DNA of 64,000 nt. Origin: Candidatus Woesearchaeota archaeon. GTDB lineage: Archaea; Nanobdellota; Nanobdellia; Pacearchaeales; GW2011-AR1. The stretch is taken from contig CAYXNX010000001.1 of assembly GCA_964467035.1 (NCBI GenBank), positions 51,373-115,372 on the forward strand, given 5' to 3'. Positions 39,600-48,723 of the stretch are shown in pieces. The position numbers and the translations under genes are program-made. Under the pieces are notes generated by a model. The model saw nothing but the letters and a program-made list of their open reading frames with translations. It had not been told where the DNA came from and did not search any database. Numbering within the stretch: the first letter of the stretch is position 1; each line of letters begins with the position of its first letter.

Positions 39600-40065
39600 T
39601 TAACATTACCTCAATTTCATCAACAATCTTCTTAGATTTATCTAACAAATTATTTAAAATTTCCTTATTAACTTCAGTTTTAATACCGTATTGAAATTCC
39701 TCTCTCAAAGTTTTTGCATCTTTTTCTATCATTTGACCAGTAGTTCTAATAAATGAAACAACTGATTTATCTAATTTTATCTCTCCAATTTCAATAAAAT
39801 GTTCAATTGCATTAATACTACACTCATAATTTTTGGATTCAAACCCTTTACTAAACAATATAATTAAAAAAGAATGATAAACTGCATAATACAATTGAGC
39901 AACTACCCAATCTTCAAATCCTCCCTCAATATTATAATTAGCCGCCTTAATATTATGTTTCGCTTTTTTAATATGTGCACTAGATAATTCTAAGTTTGGA
40001 ACTATCCTCTTCATTCTCTTCTCACTTTTCAAACACCAATTAAATTTTGATTCAATATCTTGCAT
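39592..40065 (-). CDS. HEPN-domain toxin
   Basis: KKAKHNI, YYAVYH, LREEFQYG. Confidence 0.85.
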   Translation of the reverse strand: MQDIESKFNWCLKSEKRMKRIVPNLELSSAHIKKAKHNIKAANYNIEGGFEDWVVAQLYYAVYHSFLIILFSKGFESKNYECSINAIEHFIEIGEIKLDKSVVSFIRTTGQMIEKDAKTLREEFQYGIKTEVNKEILNNLLDKSKKIVDEIEVMLNE

Positions 40066-40630
40066 TTTTTATCACCTCTAAAAATACTGATTCCCCTTTT
40101 ATCACAATTCCTTTTCTAATAATATCCAAAATAACTTCATTTTTAATTTTTACCTTATTGATTAAATCTTGTTCTTTCAAAATTAAAGGGACAATAGGCT
40201 TACTCCTAGATCTAGAAATACTTAAACAAAAATCATTAACTTGTTTAATTTTATTTGTCATAAATAAAACATCAACATCATTAAAACTTTTTTTATCTAA
40301 AATAGAACCAAACAAAATAATCAAATTTGCATTTTCAAATTCTTTAAGTTCTTCAAAATAAATTTTGGCAAATCCTTTTAAATTATTTCTTTCTTCAATA
40401 AGTAAAAATTCACAAATTTTAATTGTTTGATCTTCTTCAAAATTCAACCAATATTTTTTAACATTCCCAATATTTTCCGATAAAACAAATTTTTTCATTT
40501 CAAGATTTTTAAGAATTTTAAACGCACTTCCAACACTAATATTAAGTTTTCTAGAAATCTGATTAATACTATTATTTTCAAAATTTTTTAATAAATACAA
40601 GATTATTTTTTTGGTATTTCTTGAAATCAT
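40052..40630 (-). CDS. wHTH-MNT antitoxin
   Basis: INQISRKLNISVGSAFKIL; FGS..NDVDV. Confidence 0.85.
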   Translation of the reverse strand: MISRNTKKIILYLLKNFENNSINQISRKLNISVGSAFKILKNLEMKKFVLSENIGNVKKYWLNFEEDQTIKICEFLLIEERNNLKGFAKIYFEELKEFENANLIILFGSILDKKSFNDVDVLFMTNKIKQVNDFCLSISRSRSKPIVPLILKEQDLINKVKIKNEVILDIIRKGIVIKGESVFLEVIKNARY

Positions 40631-40680
40631 TTTCCTTTAAAGTGAATAATCATTCACAAATAATGAATGTTTATAAATCT

Positions 40681-40842
40681 TTCCAAATCCCACGCACTCA
40701 CCCCCACCTCCCACACCAAACCCCAAATTACCAAAACCACAATTCCTAAACTCGTCCAAATTTACTATTCATTTCACCCCTCCAACCACCCACGCCCTCG
40801 CCGCTCCCAAAACAACTATTCCAATTAAAAATAAATTTTTAC
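40681..40842 (-). repeat. Two degenerate stubs of the 5' end of gene 37392-39599 (40681-40772, 40773-40842)
   Basis: ccaaaccccaaattaccaaaac...tttactattcat matches 39541-39599. Confidence 0.85.
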
Positions 40843-41414
40843 TTCGCATTTTCAAAATCCTCTTTTTTTATTTTAATCCATCTTGAACAAACTTTTAGCA
40901 AATGATTAGATAAAGAAAAAGGACTACCTCTTTTTCTATCAAAATAAGTATAAAGAATAATTTCAGTACCTCTTTTATTTAAATCTTCTAAAATTGGACA
41001 AAAATCAGTATCAGAAGAAATCAAAACAATTTTTTTAATAAGAGGATAATCTTCTTTAATATGACTTAAATCTAAAGCCAACAAAATATCAACCCCTTTT
41101 TGTTTATACTCAAATCCATCATTTACTTTTAATCTTTGGACTCTTCCCTCTCTAAAAATAATTCCCTCTTTAATTAAAGAACTTCGAAAGGAATCATACT
41201 TAACTTTTCTTCTAATTTGTTCTCTAGTAGGATTATTTGACTGGAATGGCGGAGCAGTATATAAAAAAATTTTTTCAAAATCAAAATTTTCCCCCAAACA
41301 GATATTTTCTACAAAATTTTTAATTTTAAAAGGAATATAATACCCTTCACCCAAATGAATGTTTAATTTTGATAAAAACCCCAAATCTATAAAAAATAAA
41401 ACTTTATTATTCAT
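40839..41414 (-). CDS. NYN/LabA (PIN-like) domain nuclease
   Basis: FFIDLGF, KQKGVDILLALD, SSDTDF.P, L..VC; start MNNKV preferred over the longer ORF. Confidence 0.88.
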   Translation of the reverse strand: MNNKVLFFIDLGFLSKLNIHLGEGYYIPFKIKNFVENICLGENFDFEKIFLYTAPPFQSNNPTREQIRRKVKYDSFRSSLIKEGIIFREGRVQRLKVNDGFEYKQKGVDILLALDLSHIKEDYPLIKKIVLISSDTDFCPILEDLNKRGTEIILYTYFDRKRGSPFSLSNHLLKVCSRWIKIKKEDFENAK

Positions 41415-41551
41415 TTTTAAAAAAGCCTCCAAAATTTTTTTCAGAAAAATAAAAAACATCTAGTGACCTAAAAAGATCACTAGGGAACATTTCACTAACA
41501 AAAGAATGATCCAATTTATAAACTTTTCTATTAGTTTGGATTGTTGCACGA

Positions 41552-41806
41552 TTAGGTAACAATTTTAAATATTCTATATCTAGCATTATAGTCTTTTAAC
41601 AATTTTACTAGGTTTTTAGGTTTATTTTTCATTAAGATAACTCCTTTTGCTAATTTCTCAAAAGTGTTTTGTTTGAGAACACCTTCTCTAAAATAGGAAT
41701 AAGTCCCAAAATTAGAATAATCCTTATATCCATAGAGTTTTCTATTAAATTCAAGTCTTTTCTTTGGAGCTATAGAATCAAACCCATAAATTAACACGTA
41801 TTTCAT
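41552..41806 (-). CDS. Small Cas2/VapD-like ferredoxin-fold protein inside the IS
   Basis: YVLIYGFD, KRLEFNRKLYGY, GVL, LAKGVIL pattern; fold inferred, not searched. Confidence 0.5.
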   Translation of the reverse strand: MKYVLIYGFDSIAPKKRLEFNRKLYGYKDYSNFGTYSYFREGVLKQNTFEKLAKGVILMKNKPKNLVKLLKDYNARYRIFKIVT

Positions 41807-41820
41807 ACTGGTAACTATGA

Positions 41821-41844
41821 ACAGTAATATTTAAATATTACTGT
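41821..41844. promoter_or_regulatory. Perfect 24-bp palindrome; likely bidirectional TATA promoter/operator
   Basis: ACAGTAATATTTAAATATTACTGT, almost equidistant from the two divergent ATGs (41806, 41860). Confidence 0.7.
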
Positions 41845-41859
41845 ATACTAATACAGTAT

Positions 41860-42732
41860 ATGAATACAGTAAAAAGAGATTGGAAAACTTATAATGAAAA
41901 ACTAATAAAAAGAGGAGAGTTCTACTTAAATCCAAAATTCCTTGATACATGGTTAGATGAAATAAAGAAGATGAATGCTGGTAAGATAGGAGAACCTTAT
42001 CTTTATCCTGATTCTATGATAAAATTTCTAGCTGTTTTGCATGCAAAAAATTTTGATTATAGAGCTCTTGAAGGTATTATGAGGGTTTTTTCAGGAATGA
42101 ATTTTAATTTTCCAGTAATAAGTTATACTCAAATTTGTCGTCGAGTTAATAATCTTGACCTTTCATTTGATATTAAGGAAAAAGATTTAGTTGTTGCAAT
42201 TGATGGTTCTGGAGAAAAAGTCAGTAATAGAGGAGAATGGATAAGACAAAAGTGGAAGGTGAGAAGAGGTTGGATAAAAGTAGTGATAATGGGAACCCCT
42301 GAAGGAAAGATAGTTGATATAAGAGTTGGAAATGAAAAGCTTGATGAAAGAAAAGCTGCTAGAGGTATGTTAAGAGATAATAATTCTAAAATCAGTAAGG
42401 CAATTATGGATGGCCTGCATGATTGCAGAGATACATTTAATGTTTGTGAAAAAAGAAAAATAGAGCCAGTGATAAAAATTAGAAAGAATGCGAGAACAAG
42501 ATCAAAAGGATCTCCAAAAAGAAGAGAAGCTGTTGTTGAATATCAAAGATTAGGACATAATGATTGGGTTAGAAAAAAAGGATATGGAATGAGGTGGCCT
42601 GCTTCAGAGGGTATTTTTTCTGCTGATAAAAGAATATTTGGGGAGAGTGTTAGAGCAACTAAAAAAAGAAACATGTATCAGGAAGTCAAACTAAAATTTT
42701 GGGTATACAATAAACTTCAGAAAATAGGGTAA
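41860..42732 (+). CDS. IS5-family DDE transposase
   Basis: DWKTYNEKLIKRG, AIDGSG, RRGWIKV, MDGLHD, GY.MRW..EG.FS..KR.FG. Confidence 0.93.
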   Translation: MNTVKRDWKTYNEKLIKRGEFYLNPKFLDTWLDEIKKMNAGKIGEPYLYPDSMIKFLAVLHAKNFDYRALEGIMRVFSGMNFNFPVISYTQICRRVNNLDLSFDIKEKDLVVAIDGSGEKVSNRGEWIRQKWKVRRGWIKVVIMGTPEGKIVDIRVGNEKLDERKAARGMLRDNNSKISKAIMDGLHDCRDTFNVCEKRKIEPVIKIRKNARTRSKGSPKRREAVVEYQRLGHNDWVRKKGYGMRWPASEGIFSADKRIFGESVRATKKRNMYQEVKLKFWVYNKLQKIG

Positions 42733-42794
42733 AAAAAGGTTAGATAGCGAGAGCCTTGTTTAAATTAAGAATCATGCAACAGAGCATATTAGTT

Positions 42795-42896
42795 AAAATC
42801 AAAGTCTTATTCATTAAAAAATACCTCCTTGAACCATCCCTCCCAAACCCCAAATTACCAAAACCACAGTTCCAATTAAAAATAAATTTTACTATT
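42795..42896 (-). repeat. Degenerate stub of the secreted-gene 5' end
   Basis: cccaaaccccaaattaccaaaaccacagttccaattaaaaataaattttacta, overlapping the relE stop. Confidence 0.8.
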
Positions 42897-43155
42897 TCCC
42901 ATAAACTTTACCTCTTTTATCCATTTTAAAAATAATAATTTTTTTATCTTTATAACTTATTCTATATAAAACCCTATAATCTCCAATTCTAATCCTAAAA
43001 CAATTATGCTTTCCAATTATGGATTTAGAATCAGAAGGAACAGAAGTTTTATTAAAAACTTGATTTAACTTACCCAAAATTCTTTTAGAAATATTTTTAT
43101 CTTGTTTTTCCAAAAATTTTATAGGTTGAGAATCATAAACTAAAGAAAAATTCAT
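42892..43155 (-). CDS. RelE/ParE toxin
   Basis: KFLEKQD, FRIRIGDYRVLY, DKRGKVY. Confidence 0.88.
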   Translation of the reverse strand: MNFSLVYDSQPIKFLEKQDKNISKRILGKLNQVFNKTSVPSDSKSIIGKHNCFRIRIGDYRVLYRISYKDKKIIIFKMDKRGKVYGK

Positions 43156-43355
43156 AAGCTTAATTCTTTTTCAATATCTTCATTAGAAATCAACAAACCT
43201 TTTTTTTCGTTTTCATAACTTTCTTCAAGCAAATTTTCTTCTTCAGTTGTTAAAAAAGAATCATCCAAAGTTTCCTGAATATTTAAAACAAGATTTTTTA
43301 AATTATTCAAATCATTATGTATTGTTTCCAAGGTTATATTTTCCATATTAAACAA
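43152..43355 (-). CDS. Antitoxin of a RelE pair
   Basis: D..LT.EE..LL, G.LIS.EDIEKEL; ATGA-coupled to relE. Confidence 0.75.
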   Translation of the reverse strand: MFNMENITLETIHNDLNNLKNLVLNIQETLDDSFLTTEEENLLEESYENEKKGLLISNEDIEKELSL

Positions 43356-43417
43356 AATTAATGAAGACTTAAAAAACTTTCCCTCCTTTCAGTTTTATAT
43401 CTTTTAGATTCTCGTGC

Positions 43418-43543
43418 AAATCCCCCAACCACCGCCCACACCAAACCCCTCATTACCCTTTCTAAATCTCCCACCTCCCACGCCAAACCCCCAATTACCA
43501 AAACTCCAGTTCCAATTAAAAATAAATTTTTACTATTCACCAT
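43418..43543 (-). repeat. Stub of the secreted-gene 5' end (MVNSKNLFLIGTGVLVIGGLAWEVG), internally duplicated
   Basis: ORF 43358-43543 is this stub; its ATG overlaps the end of the HEPN gene. Confidence 0.85.
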
Positions 43544-44019
43544 CTTTTTTCAAACCCCTCTCTAAAATCCTGAATATTTTTATTAGTTAATTTTGAAACA
43601 AAATCCAAAATATAATCAAAAAAAGATTCTGCGCTTTTTATAGTTTCTCCCACTTCATCTTTAGAAATTTCAAAATCTACATAATACTGTTTATCAACCC
43701 TTTCATACTTTGCTTTCCTAATCTCAGAATTATCTAAATTAAACAAATCTTTCAATAAAATTATTGAAGCCATATGATTCTCAGACTTTATTCCAACTTT
43801 AAAAAACAAAGAAATTAAAATATTATACATAGAATAATAAGCAAGAACAACAGATTCTTCCAATTTATTTTCTCTAAAAAGAATTTTTGCAGAACTAAGA
43901 TTACTCTCAGATTTAAGAATATAAGAATCTTTCAAATTTTCACTAGGATCAACAAGTTCTAATTTTCCTTGTTTTTTTAATTTAGTCAAAAAATCCATTT
44001 TTAGCGTAAAATTCTTCAA
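43537..44019 (-). CDS. HEPN-domain toxin
   Basis: AYYSMY, SENH, ERVDKQYY. Confidence 0.85.
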   Translation of the reverse strand: MKNFTLKMDFLTKLKKQGKLELVDPSENLKDSYILKSESNLSSAKILFRENKLEESVVLAYYSMYNILISLFFKVGIKSENHMASIILLKDLFNLDNSEIRKAKYERVDKQYYVDFEISKDEVGETIKSAESFFDYILDFVSKLTNKNIQDFREGFEKRW

Positions 44020-44539
44020 ATCCTTTTAAGATAACATGATTCTTTTCAATTTCTTTTATCAAAATATGCTTTGAGTCATATTTACCCATTTTCAAACTCA
44101 ATCTTGAATCAATTTTCAATAAATCTTCTTTTAATTCTTTACTTGAATTTTCAATATAAATATCAATGTCACTATTTTTTTTTGCAATTTCCTTAGAATA
44201 AGAACCAAATAAAATAGCTAATTTAATCCGTTTATCTAATTGAATTCTTTCAATTAATCTTCTTAAAGAAGGATAATTTTTAATAACACGATTCAATTTG
44301 TAAACTTCAGACATTAATATATAATTTCTCGCTTCTATACTTTTTTTAAGAAAAAAAACTTTATTCCTCCCTTTTTCTTCAAAATCTACAACATTCTCTT
44401 TCATTAATTCATTCATTCTCCTTACCACAACCATATGGTTAGTTTTTAATAACTTAGCAATTTCCCTAATATGATTTTTTTCTTTGATTAATTGAATAAT
44501 TACTTCCAATTTAAAATCTTTATGTTCCATATGTAACAC
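43982..44539 (-). CDS. wHTH-MNT antitoxin
   Basis: HIREIAKLL; FGSYSK...SDIDI. Confidence 0.88.
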   Translation of the reverse strand: MLHMEHKDFKLEVIIQLIKEKNHIREIAKLLKTNHMVVVRRMNELMKENVVDFEEKGRNKVFFLKKSIEARNYILMSEVYKLNRVIKNYPSLRRLIERIQLDKRIKLAILFGSYSKEIAKKNSDIDIYIENSSKELKEDLLKIDSRLSLKMGKYDSKHILIKEIEKNHVILKGFEEFYAKNGFFD

Positions 44540-44560
44540 TTATGTTCCATTATTTATAAA

Positions 44561-44655
44561 TCTTTCCAAATCCCACGCACCCACCCCCACCGCCCACGCC
44601 AAACCCCCAATTACAAAACAACTATTCCAATTAAAAATAAATTTTTATTATTCAT
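44561..44655 (-). repeat. Degenerate stub of the secreted-gene 5' end
   Basis: ccccaccgcccacgccaaacccccaattac identical to the gene start near 39527-39557; ATGA overlap with the HEPN stop. Confidence 0.85.
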
Positions 44656-45065
44656 TTTAATTTATCTTCAATCAATTTAGACAATTTTTTAATTACCAAT
44701 ACAATTTCTTTTTCATAATTTTGAAGAAAAGTTTCATTCACTTTTTTCCCATAATATACAATTCCATTTCTTGATTTTCTTAAAGTATCTATAAGTAATA
44801 ATTGATTGTCATTTAATAAATCATAATTTGTAGAGAAGTATTCTAACAATTTTTTATGACTTAGAGTCTTAAATCCATCTATGTACATAATACTTGTCAA
44901 AAAACCTAGAACAATTTCATAATATTCTTCAACAATTTTATATGGTTTATCTCTAGGCAAAATTTTAATTATATCCAATCTCTCTTTAGAAATTTCGAAC
45001 AATTCTCTAGACCTAATTAAATCTTTCTCTATTTTAAAAATTTCTTCATCCATAAATACCTCCAT
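44652..45065 (-). CDS. HEPN-domain toxin
   Basis: YYEI, GFKTLSH, SRNGIVYYG; paralogous to 31662-32054. Confidence 0.8.
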   Translation of the reverse strand: MEVFMDEEIFKIEKDLIRSRELFEISKERLDIIKILPRDKPYKIVEEYYEIVLGFLTSIMYIDGFKTLSHKKLLEYFSTNYDLLNDNQLLLIDTLRKSRNGIVYYGKKVNETFLQNYEKEIVLVIKKLSKLIEDKLK

Positions 45066-45573
45066 ACAAAGTCAATCCATTTAAAATTTTATTTTTTAAA
45101 GGTTTATTCAATTTATTTAAGTTATTTACATTAATAAAATTTATCTCTCTACCTAAATTATCTTCAAATTTAGAAACATCTAACTTTTTTTTAATATTGG
45201 ATAAAATAAAAATATCAATGTCACTTAACTCTACATCATTGCCTGTTGAATAAGAACCAAAAAGTATTATTGCCTTAGGATTTAAGTTAAATTTAATGGA
45301 TTCAACCAAATCATAGAGAGAATAAAGATTATACAATTTTTTGTAAAAAGTAAATCTATCATTATCTCTATGCGCAACATAACCATCAAAAGGTTTAGAT
45401 TTTTTAATTTTTATCAAACCTTCTTTCAATAAGTCTTGTATATTTTTTCTAACAGAAGTATGAGCCAAATTTATTTTTTTACTAATCTCTCTAATAAAAT
45501 GAATATTTGTTGGTTCTTTAAAAAAAACTTCTAAAACTTTTAGGTAGCTACTTTTTTGTATCATTATAAACAT
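45046..45573 (-). CDS. wHTH-MNT antitoxin
   Basis: HFIREISKKINLAHTSV; FGSYSTGND..SDIDI; paralogous to 32051-32596. Confidence 0.88.
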   Translation of the reverse strand: MFIMIQKSSYLKVLEVFFKEPTNIHFIREISKKINLAHTSVRKNIQDLLKEGLIKIKKSKPFDGYVAHRDNDRFTFYKKLYNLYSLYDLVESIKFNLNPKAIILFGSYSTGNDVELSDIDIFILSNIKKKLDVSKFEDNLGREINFINVNNLNKLNKPLKNKILNGLTLYGGIYG

Positions 45574-45646
45574 AAATATACTAATTAGTATATAAAACTA
45601 TCGGTCAAACTCTGCTTTAACTAATTTAAAAAAATCATCATCTGCA

Positions 45647-45872
45647 AAAATCAAAGTATCATTAATTAAAAAATACCTCCTTAAAAAAATCCCCCACACC
45701 AAAACCCCCATTACCCTTTCCAAATTCCCAACCACCCCCACACCAAATCCCTCATTACCCTTTCCAAATTCCCAACCACCCCCACACCAAATCCCTCATT
45801 ACCCTTTCCAAATCCCCACCGCCCACGCCAAACCCCCCATTACCAAAACCAAAATCCTAAAATAATTATTTA
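45647..45872 (-). repeat. Most distal secreted-gene stub, expanded by a 44-bp tandem repeat
   Basis: cattaccctttccaaat at 45709, 45753 and 45797; ccccaccgcccacgccaaacccc at ~45814-45838. Confidence 0.85.
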
Positions 45873-48722
45873 CTCTCCAACTTTAATAACTAATCTTTCA
45901 TTTGAATCATCCCAATAAATCTGCCCATCCCCCATATGCTGAGTCCCAGTAACATTTGTATCTCCATCAACATGCAAATCTTGTTGGGGACTATCTGTTC
46001 CTATTCCCACATTTCCTGAATCATCAATTCTCATTGACTCACTAGCAGAACCTGTATAAAACGCTAATTCATTAAACCCATCAGAAGGACCAAAAACAAT
46101 TCCAGCTCTTTTACTTCCATCTAAATGATTCCAAACACCCTTATCATCTCCTCTATCTACAAAAATATCTCCACCACTTACATCCAGTTTAGCTTGAGGA
46201 CTATCTGTTCCTATTCCTACTTTACCATCTGATTTTATTACCATTCTTGTATCATCTATTGAAACCTCATTGTCATCAGCAGTTCCGTCATTCAAGAAAT
46301 ACAAATCCCCCCTACCGTATGTTCCAGTCCTAGCAAAAGCGATTCCTCCCTTTCCATAATCTGCTGTTGTCGCAGTAAATACAATTCCTGTAGCTGTGTC
46401 ATAACCTGTTGCATAATTTTTTAGTCTTAAGGGATATGTCAATAAACCATCTGATGTGTCAACTATTTCTAATTTTGTACTTGGACTATCTGTTCCTATT
46501 CCTACATTACCTCCATTAAAATAGGAACTTGTACCTGAGCCACTAGTGAGTTTAATCTTTGTTTCACCATTTTGTGACAATTCTAAATATCCTCTATTAT
46601 TATCATTTGAGTATAATTTAGCATAGGTTTCTCCCGTAGACTCATCACTTAAAGTTAAACCATCATTTGCACCTGTTTGAATTTCTAATTTTTCATTAGG
46701 ACTATCTGTTCCTATCCCTACTTTACCCCCATTTGTAACTGTAAATAAAGAATCTGTTTCAGCAGAATCCTTCTTAACTGAAAATAAACCTGTTCCAGAG
46801 TTACTTTCATCCATAACCATATTAATATTTTTAGTAGAATATAAAGTCATATCTTGATCTGAATCAGTAACATCTAATTTATTAACCCCCGATGCTACAC
46901 CTGTTGGAAAAGAAATATCTTGAAAAGTAACTGAAGAAGAAGTTTTAACATCCTGATTCATTCCATAAAGCTCATTTGCTCCTTGCCCTGTATTAACAGT
47001 TGAAAAATTTACATCATCAGTTGTATTCAAAGATTGGTCAAATATATTTCCTGTTATAAATCCTTGATTATCTACATAATTAATTGCTGGTTCTGTTTGA
47101 TTATACAACCATTTCTTAACCCCTTCCCCTTCAACAAAAACATTGCTTCCAAAATAACCATTTCTCCATTGCCAAGTTTCATTACCTACATCAAAAGTAT
47201 TATCCCAATCAATAGGCAATAAACTCCCATTTATATCTAAATTATTAACTCCTAACGAGGTTATGTTATAAGTATAAAGTGCCTGAGCAAAAACCTCTCC
47301 ATCAATTACAGAAACTCCTCCGTTTTGCCAACCCTCATCAAAATTAACCTCTCCGGTAATTTCCATCCCTTCACTTACATTTAAACTATTAAACACAACA
47401 TCATCAGTTGTATTCAAAGATTGGTCAAATATATTTTCTGTTATAGCTCTTGTATCTATTGTGTTGTTTAGTAAAGTTTCATTGAAGTCTAAAGTAGAAC
47501 CATCAAAGGAGTTGTAATTATCTCCTGTTGTCCAATTAAAAACTCCAAAAAAATCCCCATAAAAAGCAGGTGAAGAAATATTATAAATAGCATTAAAATA
47601 ATCTGCTTTTGCTTCTCCTGCAATATCTAAAGCATCTCCAGTCATCTCTCCCTCAACTTTAACATCATCACTAAAATAAAATCTACTATTAGAATAATCA
47701 TATCCTAAAACATTAGTATCTATAAGATAATTTTCAGATTCTGAATTATTTGTATGGAAAAACATTATTGTAGGGTCATCCTCACTTGATACATCACTTA
47801 TTAAAGTTGCAATTTCTCCCAAATTAATAACACTATCTGTACCTCCAAAAGAACCTACATCATTTGAATATGGGTTTAATGTAGGAATATCTAACATCGA
47901 ACCAGGAGAAAAAGCACTATAGTTTAGTGTAAATGTTGAAAGGTTTATATTTGTATTTTCATCTCCTATAAAGACACTTTGATTAGTTGTTGAACCTCTT
48001 TCTGTTACTGATTGTAGTGTGTCAGTTTCTGAAGAAGCTGACCTATCATCTATTGTGGAATTTAATTCTGTTTCGTTTAAATAAATATAATTGGAATCAT
48101 TATAAAGATAAATTCCTCCACCTGATTTTTCTGTGTTAGTATCTTCAGCATCTATATTTCCACATTCCCAATTTCCAGAAGTAGTATTATAAATAGCAAC
48201 TTCTTCATCAGAACAACTAAGTCCTCCAATATATTCGTCAGAAGTATAAAGAACATTTGAACAACTTCCATCTTGTGAACAATTTGTATCTGCTTCAAAG
48301 TTATCCCTTGCATCAATAGTCCTATTTAATTCTGTTTCATTGAAATCTAAATCTATATCATTATCATTTGAATCTAAAGAAATTGAAAGATATTTAGAAA
48401 GTGTTGTTGCTATATTTCTGAATTGCAATGTTGTTGAACTTTTCCCACCAAATACTCCAATACCATCTGTTCCTATATTACTTCCATCATTTGCTTCTCC
48501 ACTTCCCCCGCTCTGATTCACATCATCCCAGTTACCAATACAATCATTCCCAATACAATATCCGCTATCAGAACTTATATTTCCTAAAACTGTCAAATTC
48601 CCTGTATTTCCATAAATAATTGCTAAATCAGTTCCTGATTTATTTTGAAACTTATAATCTCCTGCACTAACAAAACCAACCATACAAATTATCAACAAAA
48701 TCAAAACCAGTTTTTTATTCAT
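45870..48722 (-). CDS. Secreted fibre-like protein with tail-fibre-type GNVGIGT repeats
   Basis: Signal peptide; G(K/N)VGIGTDSP x4; LQSVTERG; FDQSLNTTDDV x2. Confidence 0.8.
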   Translation of the reverse strand: MNKKLVLILLIICMVGFVSAGDYKFQNKSGTDLAIIYGNTGNLTVLGNISSDSGYCIGNDCIGNWDDVNQSGGSGEANDGSNIGTDGIGVFGGKSSTTLQFRNIATTLSKYLSISLDSNDNDIDLDFNETELNRTIDARDNFEADTNCSQDGSCSNVLYTSDEYIGGLSCSDEEVAIYNTTSGNWECGNIDAEDTNTEKSGGGIYLYNDSNYIYLNETELNSTIDDRSASSETDTLQSVTERGSTTNQSVFIGDENTNINLSTFTLNYSAFSPGSMLDIPTLNPYSNDVGSFGGTDSVINLGEIATLISDVSSEDDPTIMFFHTNNSESENYLIDTNVLGYDYSNSRFYFSDDVKVEGEMTGDALDIAGEAKADYFNAIYNISSPAFYGDFFGVFNWTTGDNYNSFDGSTLDFNETLLNNTIDTRAITENIFDQSLNTTDDVVFNSLNVSEGMEITGEVNFDEGWQNGGVSVIDGEVFAQALYTYNITSLGVNNLDINGSLLPIDWDNTFDVGNETWQWRNGYFGSNVFVEGEGVKKWLYNQTEPAINYVDNQGFITGNIFDQSLNTTDDVNFSTVNTGQGANELYGMNQDVKTSSSVTFQDISFPTGVASGVNKLDVTDSDQDMTLYSTKNINMVMDESNSGTGLFSVKKDSAETDSLFTVTNGGKVGIGTDSPNEKLEIQTGANDGLTLSDESTGETYAKLYSNDNNRGYLELSQNGETKIKLTSGSGTSSYFNGGNVGIGTDSPSTKLEIVDTSDGLLTYPLRLKNYATGYDTATGIVFTATTADYGKGGIAFARTGTYGRGDLYFLNDGTADDNEVSIDDTRMVIKSDGKVGIGTDSPQAKLDVSGGDIFVDRGDDKGVWNHLDGSKRAGIVFGPSDGFNELAFYTGSASESMRIDDSGNVGIGTDSPQQDLHVDGDTNVTGTQHMGDGQIYWDDSNERLVIKVGE

Positions 48723-48723
48723 T

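Larger units (their letters stand above)
41537..42786. mobile_element. IS5-family (IS903-like) element carrying a passenger gene
   Basis: Imperfect TIRs TGGATTGTTGCACGATT / revcomp TGCTCTGTTGCATGATT; 8-bp TSD TATTAGTT at 41529-41536 and 42787-42794. Confidence 0.85.

Noticed and set aside
43358..43543. Independent 61-aa membrane protein gene
   Set aside because: It is a duplicated signal-peptide stub of gene 37392-39599 running into the next promoter.
40681..45872. CRISPR locus or classical integron suggested by repeats plus a Cas2-like gene
   Set aside because: Repeats are degenerate coding stubs separated by whole genes; no cas1, no attC-like palindromes, no IntI.
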